A stretch of 13,182 bases of DNA from Phoronis australis (Eukaryota; Animalia; Phoronida), in the NCBI GenBank assembly GCA_002633005.1. It is one part of the record NMRA01000713.1 of this genome. One strand, given 5' to 3'. This document shows, in pieces, positions 1-9,058 of this stretch (its first letter is position 1; each line of letters starts with the position of its first letter). The notes under the pieces are model-generated. The model was not told the DNA's origin. It saw only the letters and a program-made list of their open reading frames with translations, and searched no databases. A program made the translations under genes and the position numbers.

Positions 1-435
1 TTATTATAAAGTCAATTTCAGGAAAGGTGCGTTATGGCTGCTACAGAGTGTCAAATGTGGCCGAAAATGGCTTCAGTGAAAACCTGAAAAATAACCGTTT
101 TTGCCTCACAAATTCAAAACGTATAAATTTAAAAATGGATTTTGAAAGTTATGCCATTACATTATTCAGCCATTGCCCTTTCAATTCGTATTATTCATTT
201 GTTTTGACCGTATCATACATGCTAGTAAAATGCATTCAAACATGCCTACTTCGACGCCCAATTTTGTTGCAAAATGGAGGTACAGGTCATAAAAAGAAAA
301 ATAATGAATGAAAATTCTTAAAAAGTGAGGTTTTTCTACTTCTCAACAAATCAAACTTATGTGCTAAGTTTCAAAAAAATCGGTGATTTTGGGTATAGAC
401 TCTACCTGTTGGTTTTTATATGGAGTCACTCTTAA
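1..435. mobile_element. Possible terminal part of a non-autonomous DNA transposon ending at a TTAA site (Kolobok/piggyBac-like)
   Basis: AT-rich non-coding stretch ending ...GGAGTCACTC-TTAA (TTAA 432-435), with MITE-like subterminal text (aagtttcaaaaaaatcggtga). The partner terminus is not in the window. Confidence 0.3.
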
Positions 436-631
436 ATGTTCAAAGTGTAGTATATTCAAAGTAAGGGCACACCAAATACTCACCAAAAATTACAGCAGTG
501 CAAATAGTCGACTTGGCAGTTTGAATACCACAAAGCTAAGCAAGCAGACGCTCTAATTACGGACGCCGAGTCGTGTGTAAGTTTCCCATTGGCTGCCGCC
601 GCCAGCCTTTGAGGGAGACAACTCCACAGCT

Positions 632-3321
632 TCACAACAACAGGTCCAATGGTGACGCCGTCGTCGAACACTCGTCTTTTGGGATAAAAGTAGGTGAACG
701 CGCACCTCTCTTGCAGGTAGGTATACATAGTGTTATCGCCACCTAATTGGAATCCTTTGTTGAGGGCCGAGCTACTCTTTGTGGTCTGTAATACTTTGAG
801 ATACCTCGCCTTGTCGATTTCATTTCTTTGTCTTTGCACTCATTTACAGCTAAAATGGGATTGACCGTAATATGTTTTAGAGCAAAGGGCGATGCAGTAG
901 TCCTCTTCAAATCCCAGTTTCAATAAGCCGGGCGTCGTAAGCTTCGTTTTCTTCCGTGTCCGTTCGCGGAAACCAAAAATGTTTTTCCCTCTCGAAAGCT
1001 GCTCGCATGCACGTTCTCAAGACAGTTACCGGATTTAGCCATGTACGCCGAATCCGTGTCCATTTTGCAATATTCGAAATCAGATCTGTCGACGAATCTT
1101 AACATGAAGTCGTAGTAAAACTCCAACATGCGCAACTTTGCGTACTGATAAATGAAAAAGCCTATTTGAAGCGGCAGGTTCAGGCGGGTGGTCTTCTTTT
1201 TCATCTCCGATTCGTAGGCTCAGTCCCCTATGTAGTTGACGTGTCTAAATTCCGAGAACTGGACTTCCCGTTGAGCCTTAGCCTCTCCGCAATATTTCAC
1301 GTCACGATGTCTTTCTTGATTCGTTACCGTCTTACCATACGCGCTGTTACCTATGAATTTCAGCGTTTGCGCTACGATCGCTTTGTTTTTGTCTTTGTCC
1401 CCTTCCCACCTAGCGTTTGTGACTTCTTCACCAAAACGCTCGAAGCATTTTGCGGGAGCAAATTCGACCACTTGATAGACGTTTGTTATCTCCAGGCCGT
1501 GTTCCAAGTACCATTTCAGAAGCGGGGTCGCCAACAGAATTTTCTTACCGAAGAAACTTCCCACCAGAGATCGTCTTGGTCGGCTTATGATTTTGTTTCT
1601 CTCGGCATAATCCCGCAAAAAGTCTCCTAGGTCGTCTCTGCTGATGTCTACGTTCTTGAATATTGGCTGCATCTCTGAAAAGTGCTCTCTCAGATGGCTC
1701 GGGACTACGATGTCACATTCCACAACCCCGAACAGAGTGCCGTCTAGAACGAATGATTTTATTTGTTCGCTCGTCAAGCAGTAGAAACGTTCCGTGGACA
1801 ACTCTCGTCTTCTGAGAAAAGAACGTAGGGTGTCGTATTGCCGTTTCAAATCCTCAAATTCGCATTCCCAAATCTCTTCGTAATCAAAGCCTTGATCGAT
1901 GATATATTCTCTAATTTTTCTGGTGTTTTCCATAAGCTCGCTCATGGCGACGTTTGGAGTTTCGTTGCTCGTCCTCGGAGTCCCGTCGTCGTTTTTCGTA
2001 AGACGACAGTCGTGGCCGTGCCAGTAACATTCTTGGAATTGGAACACTTTGTGCGACTGACGACCGAAACCGTCCACTGGAATGTGACGCTGACCCACCC
2101 TTTTTCAACCCCGTTGAACTGGTGACGGACACTGATTCCTCGTTGCCACGCTACGAAATGCAACCAAGCCGTTGCCTTTCGCGCCTTAGGGTTGGAAAAT
2201 TCTCGTTGGAAATCGTTTTCATGCCTACGACGAATAAACGGTCCGGTCGGTTGTTCGTTCATGATGCTGCGAAGGTAAAGAGCATTTACATCGAAACCCA
2301 GAAACTTTGACACCGTCTTTGGTATTTTTCCCGCTTTCTCCATCTCCTTCTGGCGTATAAACGTCTTTCCCTTTCGTGGTATCTGTGGAAAACAATACTA
2401 GGACCTCCGACGTTATTTTGTTTCTAAGGTATAATACAAGTCTTTGTGTTTTTCCTCAAAGAGCGTAAAGAATACGTTACCGACATTTTTGAAGAGAATC
2501 TTCATGGTCAGTCCGGGCACGCTTATGCCATCCTTGAAGAGGTCTACGCCCTTTTCCCTGCAGAATGCCGCCGTGGTATCGACGGCTTCCAGCATGGGTC
2601 CGGTGTCTTTGTTATTGTACCACGCCAAAAAAATCTTTCAGACTCTTCATGTTGTCTTTCCATGCCCTCTGACAGCGGGCGTAATCGTCGTCGCTTATCC
2701 CCTCCCCTTTCAAACTGCTGTAAAAAGCCGCTTGAGGCGGTAGAGCCGTTTCCTCTAGTTTACCCAAGTTATCCACGTACTCGTAGGGAAAGAAACCTTT
2801 CTCTTCGGTCGTCTCATACGCATTCAAAAATTTTGCGTAGCTACAACCCGGGGCCAAGTAATTAACAATGTCGAGAAATTTAAGTTGATTTGTTGTTAAG
2901 CACATAAAGACATTGTTGCGCTTGATCACGAACCTCAAATCTTGCATGGATAAAAGTATTGGAAAAACCGTTTCTTCATGGTATTCAGGTCGTAATTTCC
3001 CGAATTGAAACCAACCGTCGGCATCTGTTTGACGTAACGATCAAATTCGGCGGCAAGGAAGTGACGAGGAGGTTTATCTTCGGTTTCCCCGTCTTCGTCA
3101 ACGTCATCCACCTCGGCGTTGTCTGCTACATCCCCAGGAACTCTCTCTTAAATTTCTTCAAAGACTCACGCAAACTTCTCTCTGAGTAGGCAGTATGCCT
3201 GGTCACTAATGACGACGAGATGTTGAATAATTTTTCTCACCACTTCTTTGGGGTCACCGTTAGACACAAAACACTGCAGATCTTCAAAACCGTCGACGTT
3301 ACTGGCCACAGAAACACTGAC
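632..3321 (-). pseudogene. polB: Protein-primed family-B DNA polymerase (pPolB) of a Polinton/Maverick (adintovirus-like) element; N-terminally truncated, multiple frameshifts and stops
   Basis: Motifs in correct order on the minus strand: VSVSVASNVDGF (ends at 3321), Exo II GFNSGNYDL (2986-3012), KGFFPYEY (2777-2800), Exo III WYNNKD (~2605-2622), VGGPS (~2398-2412), motif A DVNALY (2275-2292), motif B KFIGNSAYGK (1331-1360), motif C MDTDS (1049-1063), PGLLK, SKTY (870-881), SCK*V (TGA at 840-842 where G is expected), C-terminal YFYPKRRVFDDGV. In-frame stops also at 3166-3168 and 3148-3150. Confidence 0.93.
1856..2175 (-). other. Vsr-like (very-short-patch-repair type) endonuclease domain embedded in pPolB
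   Basis: Reads AWL...VRHQFNGVEK (frameshift) ...IPVDGF...VFQFQECYWHGHDC...GFDYEEIWECEF, matching the Vsr/DUF559 pattern D...FxHGCFWH...(V/I)WEC. Lies between motif A and motif B. Confidence 0.75.
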
Positions 3322-3680
3322 ACAACTCTTGACGAAGCGCACGCACTCGAACTCTCCGAACAACGTGCCAGTGACATTGAAAAGGGTGTCAACTCACTAA
3401 CATTGCACAAGCACAAATAACAGTCGCCCCATCAGTTCAAACCACAGGACCAGCACTGACCCAAGAACAATTCAACTCGCGAGTCCCGAAGCGAACGTCA
3501 TCAGGGCACACCCACACCAGTAACGACCACAAGCCCAACAACAACTGGCGAAAAAGAAACCGAGTGTGTCGAAACTGTGGTGGAGATTTTCCCCATCCTG
3601 CGAACACCAATTGTCCTGCAAAAGGGAGAGACTGTCTGAACTGTGGAAAAGTTGGACATTTCGCACAAGATGCAAATCAA
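3322..3680 (+). pseudogene. gag: gag C-terminal remnant with two zinc knuckles
   Basis: LDEAHALELSEQRASDIEKGVNSL, stops at 3418-3420 and 3457-3459, then CRNCGGDFPHPANTNC-PAKGRD-CLNCGKVGHFA(frameshift)C, i.e. tandem CCHC motifs. Confidence 0.85.
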
Positions 3681-6600
3681 AGCAAGTCAGCCAAATCGGT
3701 CGAGAAGGCACTGGTGACCACGACAGCGATTCCGACTCCGAATACGTGTTCACTGCTGATATTGTCAAAGACAACGTCCCGAGGGTCAATATTTCACTCC
3801 TTGATACATCAGTAGAATTCATTGTAGATACGGGAGCTTCAGTGAATATTATTCCTGAGTCCATACTACAGCACTTTCCTGAGAGACCGACACTACAACC
3901 CCGCTCGACGAAGATTTACGCATACGCACAAGATGCATGCTTTGACGTAGTGGGCTCCTTCAAAACGGAAGTGGCGTATAATGGCTCTAAGTGCATGGCG
4001 ACCGTCTACCTGATTCGACGAGACCGTCCCACTTGCAGCTTACTTTGTGGACAAACCGCCCAAGCACTTGGTCTCATCCAGTATGACTTCCAGTCATCCA
4101 TCCCGGAGAGTGAAGAGTATTCTCCTCTGTTTTCTCCAGGCATTGGCAAACTCAAAGATGTCAAGATCAAGCTCCACATCGATGACGCCATACACCCGAT
4201 AACTCAGAGGCATCGACGCATTCCATTTCACGTGCAAAAAGATTTCGAACAAGAAATTGCACGACTGACCGATCTCGACATGATTGAGGAAGTCAACGGC
4301 CCCACCCCATGGATTAGCCCAGTTGTAGTAATACCCAAGAAAGAAGGCGTACGATTGTGTGTCGACATGAGACAAGCCAATAAAGCGATTAAGCGAACAA
4401 AGCACATCATGCCGACTATTGATGACCTTTTCCATGACCTGAATGAGGCTACAGTCTTCAGCAGGTTAGACATGTCAAGTGCCTACCATCAACTAGAGTT
4501 GGACGAAGAAAGTCGTTTCATCAACACATTTACAACAAATGTTGTTCTAGGACGATACAATTGACTACTGTTTGGAGTCAACGCTGCAGCTGAACTGTTT
4601 CAGAATACTATTGCACAGTTACTTCAGGGCATCCCAGGTGCCAAGAACCTCTCAGACGACATAATTGTCTTTGGAAAACCCAGATGGACCACGATGCAAG
4701 CCTACAAGCAACACTTAAGAGGCTGAACGACAGTGGTGCTAAGCTCAACAAAGAGAAGTGCCTATTCTCTGTGAATCAACTTACCTTCTATGGCCATACG
4801 TTTGGTGTACAAGCCATATCTCCACAACCGTCCTAGACTCAGGCCATCATCGACATGAATGCTCCTTCCTCATCTGCACTGCAGAAGTTCAATCTCTACT
4901 CGGAATGGCGCAGTACCTTTACAGATTTATTCGTCATTATGCCACCAATGTTGAACCGTTACGACGTCTCACCAAGAACGACGTCACATGGTCATGGGGC
5001 AAAGATGAAGAGACCTGAAGGATGCGCTGACAAGTACCTCAGTACTTGCATATTTCGACCATCAGAAGAAAACCGAAATACTAGTCGACGCCAGCCCAGT
5101 TGGCCTAGGTGCTGTTTTGATGCAAGAAGATAAAGTCATCTCGTATGCAAGCCGTGCACTCACTGACACTGAAACAGGATACTCGCAGACAGACCGAGAA
5201 ATGCTCGCAATTGTCTTTGGAGTTGAAAAGTTTCATATCTACATTTATGGCTCAACCTTCACGATCACCACTGATCATAAAACTTTACTTGGTATAATCA
5301 AGAGCCAGAAGCCGACCACAGCAAGAATGGAGCGATGGAGACTACGACTTATGCCATATGAAATGACCGTGCAGTATCGTCCAGGAAAAGATGAGAACAA
5401 CCCAGCAGACTACATGATTCGTCATCCAGTCACACAGCCGAATCGACAAAATGCAGGAGAAGCTTACATTTTGTATGTAACGAAGATTACAGTCCCGAAG
5501 TCTATGACTGTAGAAGAGGTACGTGCAGCGGGCCGAGAAGATCCAGTGATACAGGCGCTGGTAACAGCTATCGAAACTGGAATTTGGAACACAGCAAAAC
5601 TGAGCTCGTTCACACCGTTCAGAGACGAACTATCTGTCGCAGATGGAGTTTTTCTTCGCGGACACAGAATTGTCATTCCTGAAAGCCTCCAGAAGCGTGT
5701 AATCACTATTGCCCACAAGTCCCATCAAGGTGTGGTGAAAACCAAACAGCTCATCCGAGAAAAGGTGTGGTTCAGTGGTACTGGTAAAGGCTGTGAGCGG
5801 ATGTATTCCATGTCAAGCGTCAAACCCTGGACAACCTCACAGAGAACCAATTGTACCTTCTGACCTTCCAGTGGAACCGTGGCATTCCCTCGCCATGGAT
5901 TTTGCGGGTCCATTTCCTACGGGAGAATATCTTATAGATGAATGCAGCAGATATCCAGAAGTAGAAATAGTCTCATCTACTTCAGCTAAGGCTGTGATTC
6001 CGAAACTTGAGATGATCTTTGCTCGACAAGGCAACCCTAACAAACTCAAGACCGACAATGGACCGCCATTCAGCAGCCATGAGTTCTCAGTTCGGAATTG
6101 TTCACAAGAAAGTTACGCCGTTGTGACCAGAAGCAAATGGCGAAGCAGAGAGATTCATGCGAACTCTGAATAAGTACATACGAGCAGCAACAGCAGCCCA
6201 AGAGAATTGGAAGACGCAACTTCCCACGTTTCTTTCCTAGTACAGAGCGACGCCTCACTCCTCTACCAAGACATCTCCGTTTGAAGCCCTCACTGGTCGA
6301 AAGATGAACATTGGTCTACCCACCATACATCAGTGTCCCAACAACGATTCAGTTCACAATCGCATCGTTGAGATTGACACCTCCAGCAAGGCCAAGATAA
6401 AGTCATATGCTGATAACCGCCGACATACACAGACTTCGAATCTGCAACCAGGAGATCACGTGCTAGTGAAGCAACCCAAGTTGAACAAAACAACACCNTC
6501 ACAAGAAAGTTACGCCGTTGTGACCAGAAGCAAATGGCGAAGCAGAGAGATTCATGCGAACTCTGAATAAGTACATACGAGCAGCAACAGCAGCCCAAGA

Positions 6601-7210
6601 GAATTGGAAGACGCAACTTCCCACGTTTCTTTCCTAGTACAGCGCGACGCCTCACTCCTCTACCAAGACATCTCCGTTTGAAGCCCTCACTGGTCGAAAG
6701 ATGAACATTGGTCTACCCACCATACATCAGTGTCCCAACAACGATTCAGTTCACAATCGTATCGTTGAGATTGACACCTCCAGCAAGGCCAAGATAAAGT
6801 CATATGCTGATAACCGCCGACATACACAGACTTCGAATCTGCAACCAGGAGATCACGTGCTAGTGAAGCAACCCAAGTTGAACAAAACAACACCGCCGTT
6901 TCAACCGTCACCTTTCACTGTCACTGATAAGAAAGGCAGCATGATAACAGCACTACGAGGACAACAGATGATAACCCGTAATTCCTCACACTTCCGACAG
7001 ATCCACGGTAACACCGACACCAACGAAGAAGACAAAGAAGATGGATCTACCCAGACCGATATTACAACATCTTCTACATTTACCAAGAAACTGTCTACAT
7101 CTAGTCCCAGTCCCCCAAGTGATGAGATTACAGCTACATCGCAAACCTCCAGACCCGATCGTGACCGACGTCTGCCAAACTATTTAAAGGACTATGTTCT
7201 AACCCGTTAG
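3681..7210 (+). pseudogene. pol: Gypsy pol (aspartic protease, reverse transcriptase, RNase H, integrase)
   Basis: PR FIVDTGAS (DTG 3827-3835); RT PWISPVV, RLCVDMR, FSRLDMSSAYHQL, stop 4562-4564 then LLFGV, catalytic LSDD (4649-4660); RH VDASPVGLGAVL, YASRAL, DREMLA, TDHK; INT AHKSHQG...CIPCQ, MDFAGP, TDNGPPF, NGEAERF; stop TAG 7208-7210. Several frameshifts. Confidence 0.95.
6102..6894 (+). repeat. 396-bp tandem duplication (6102-6497 / 6499-6894) separated by a single N; probable assembly artefact
   Basis: Copies identical except for two substitutions seen by eye (acagAgcg/acagCgcg; aatcgCat/aatcgTat); N at 6498 sits exactly at the junction. Confidence 0.92.
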
Positions 7211-7481
7211 TTGCCGTCAATCCAATTGTGTGTGAGAGACTATTACAGACAGTGTTTATCACATAGACTTTAGAATTAGTAATTAAGTTCTTGTTCTTAC
7301 TTGTTTAAGATTACTCTAGCATTCACGTAGCATGTAGTTGTTTACTTCTGTTTTTATTTAGTGTATCAGTTTGCACTAGATCTTAGGTACCACTTAATCA
7401 ACCTTTCTTAGCAAGTTGTCACGTTTTGTTTAGACCTTCAGGAACTTATATTGAGTAGGAGGAATCTTCACTCTGTAGTAT

Positions 7482-7489
7482 GGGAGGAG
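7482..7489 (+). other. Polypurine tract of the Gypsy element
   Basis: GGGAGGAG immediately before TGTAGTG, ~270 bp downstream of the pol stop. Confidence 0.75.
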
Positions 7490-7625
7490 TGTAGTGTTGT
7501 TACATTCGAGTAGTATAAATGTAAGGCGTCACTTCCGGTACGTCGATCGTGTGACATACACAACACACGTTAGTTCCAGATTTAATACTTGTTTTACTAG
7601 ACTAACTAACGATGCAACATCAACA
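7490..7625 (+). repeat. 3' LTR (~136 bp)
   Basis: Starts TGTAGTGTTG right after the PPT and ends CAACATCAACA (imperfect inverted repeat, TG...CA). Contains TATAAA (7514-7519) and ACTTCCGG (7531-7538). Right boundary is inferred because there is no second LTR to align. Confidence 0.7.
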
Positions 7626-7834
7626 GAGAGCCAGCTATAGAGACAGCAGGTTATTGAATCGACGAGTGTTACAGTTTGCTGAACGTGTCTCAGAACTTCA
7701 TCACAAGTCAAGGCTTCGCAGCACTGGCTGGAGCATAAACAGACATTACGTCGGACGTTTTGTTTGAGTAGGCTTGTGAACGTACGGTCGAACCAGCACC
7801 GGCGTGTAGCAACCCGCGCCCATCCACACACGGG

Positions 7835-7978
7835 GGAAAACGTGACACAAAAACCGGAATCTGTCTCACTGAAGGTGAATATGAGAAACTCAAGGGATTC
7901 ATTGAGATCGTGAACGAAGACCTGAAGAAACTTAAAGAGAAAAACAGTGTGCCTACCAAAAAAAAACGTAAAGCGTAA
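7835..7978 (+). pseudogene. PC4/Sub1-like (transcriptional coactivator p15, ssDNA-binding fold) C-terminal fragment with basic NLS-like tail
   Basis: Frame not in the ORF track: GKRDTKTGICLTEGEYEKLKGFIEIVNEDLKKLKEKNSVPTKKKRKA* (TAA 7976-7978), resembling the PC4 signature KGISLxxEQWxxLKxxIxxIDxA. N-terminal beta-strands not recognisable in frame. Confidence 0.55.
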
Positions 7979-8285
7979 TGAAAGGGTTATATAACTAAGA
8001 CGTGCCGTCATAGTGACTATTACCTTCAATCACACTATTATTTTCTGACTCCTAATTTACCCCAAATCCAAGTTTAGAGAAATTGTTTCATTGTGGTTAC
8101 CAAAAGGCCAGTGCATACTCTCTTGGTACATGTTAACATAAATTTAGAGCCTAGTAGAAGTGACAACGTGCCGATGTATGCTTACAAGTCGTTCTGTAAA
8201 AACATCTGTGACCCAATAACATAATAATGTGTGGTCAAACAAAGCCAAACTTAGCTCTTGCCTATAAATATTGATTTTTATATTG
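7976..8285 (+). repeat. 310-bp segment, copy 1 (runs into the gap)
   Basis: Matches 12347-12656 with two substitutions (offset 4371). Confidence 0.95.
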
Positions 8286-8502
8286 NNNNNNNNNNNNNNN
8301 NNNNNNNNNNNNNNNNNNNNNNNNNNNNNNNNNNNNNNNNNNNNNNNNNNNNNNNNNNNNNNNNNNNNNNNNNNNNNNNNNNNNNNNNNNNNNNNNNNNN
8401 NNNNNNNNNNNNNNNNNNNNNNNNNNNNNNNNNNNNNNNNNNNNNNNNNNNNNNNNNNNNNNNNNNNNNNNNNNNNNNNNNNNNNNNNNNNNNNNNNNNN
8501 NN
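8286..8502. other. Assembly gap (217 N)
   Basis: Run of N. Confidence 1.
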
Positions 8503-8780
8503 CTGATGTTACTACAGTTGTCACAGCTGCACATTTCTGTACAGTTTGACCCAGCATTGCAGCACAAACTCAGTTTCCCAGCACACATGTTCTTTTTGCA
8601 CTTGCAGCGTTCATCGTTTAGTACTGTCAATGGAGATGCGGTCATTGCCATACATATTAACTGCAAAGCTCCACCGCCAAGGAGCCAACTATGGTCGATT
8701 AGAGAGGGTACAGCACTGCACACTGGTGATTAGCCCGCAGGCAATGAAGGGTCAAACACTAAGTCCTTGTTTGGAGGCGG
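8503..8780 (-). pseudogene. C-terminus of Academ-type transposase (end of XPG-like region plus Cys8/CXC-like zinc finger)
   Basis: PPNKD (8769-8780 region), frameshift, TLHCLRANHQCAV (8714-8752), then VPSLIDHSW...RCKCKKNMCAGKLSLCCNAGSNCTEMCSCDNCSN, fitting the LPP..L..H..RANYQ...W...CxC..C...CT..CxC..C pattern. Confidence 0.75.
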
Positions 8781-8920
8781 GCACTATTTGGGCAAACGTT
8801 TGATTCAAAATATGTTATAATAGGCTGTGTTAATTAGAGTCAGCAAGTGAATTATTGAACACTAGCCTCAATTCACTTTCGTATCTCTTAGTCAGGCACA
8901 AACTACAACAGTGAGTAGCT

Positions 8921-9058
8921 TCAACAATATTTCTTAAGATTGCCTGTCCAAATAACTTCATGCACACCAGCTTTCTGAAGAACAGCTTCAAAGTCTTGCT
9001 TTAGTTTTGAAAGGCAAATGACATCTCCTTGTGTTAGAAGCTTCTCGGTTCGCTTGAT
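8921..9058 (-). pseudogene. Possible N-terminal-region remnant of the same transposase
   Basis: Stop-free read IKRTEKLLTQGDVICLSKLKQDFEAVLQKAGVHEVIWTGNLKKYC*; helical pattern reminiscent of Academ proteins; same strand and upstream of the Cys-rich part. Confidence 0.4.

Larger units (their letters stand above)
3322..7625 (+). mobile_element. Ty3/Gypsy LTR retrotransposon (Mag-like), 5'-deleted, degenerate
   Basis: Domain order gag Zn-knuckles, PR, RT, RNase H, INT, then 3' UTR, polypurine tract and TG...CA LTR. No 5' LTR or PBS: gag sequence abuts polB directly at ~3322. Confidence 0.95.
632..7978. mobile_element. Polinton/Maverick remnant interrupted by a Gypsy element (left part 632-3321, probable right part 7626-7978)
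   Basis: pPolB is diagnostic for the left part. The right part is assigned only from similar CpG-rich composition and a PC4-like ORF fragment. No TIR, integrase, ATPase, protease or capsid gene seen. Confidence 0.55.

Noticed and set aside
27-311. 94-aa ORF
   Set aside because: GTG start, AT-rich, no recognisable motif; lies in probable non-coding repeat.
480-631. C-terminal extension of polB ORF (KLWSCLPQ...CCNFW)
   Set aside because: Similarity ends at DDGVTIGP; an out-of-frame TGA at 632-634 is the likelier original stop, so the extension is probably read-through.
436-631. Polinton terminal inverted repeat
   Set aside because: No clear AG/AGT-repeat terminus, no partner repeat and no 6-bp TSD found.
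1856-2175. Intein or homing endonuclease in polB
   Set aside because: No C/S...HN-C/S/T splice junction motifs and no LAGLIDADG or HNH signature.
1166-3189. Plus-strand ORFs overlapping polB (1166-1630, 1838-2125, 2444-2865, 2959-3189 etc.)
   Set aside because: Antisense shadows of the polB reading frame with no motifs of their own.
3655-3680. Programmed gag-pol ribosomal frameshift
   Set aside because: The shift falls inside the second zinc knuckle and there is no slippery heptamer; it is better explained as a small indel in a single gag-pol ORF.
840-6126. TGA recoding or alternative genetic code
   Set aside because: TGA stops replace different expected residues (G, R, W) and co-occur with TAA stops and many frameshifts, as expected for neutral decay.
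7529-8029. Minus-strand 166-aa and 83-aa ORFs as the missing polB N-terminus
   Set aside because: They cross LTR and repeat boundaries and show no polymerase, zinc-finger or terminal-protein features; the plus frame is more protein-like.
8144-8557. ORFs containing X runs
   Set aside because: Artefacts of translation through the N gap.
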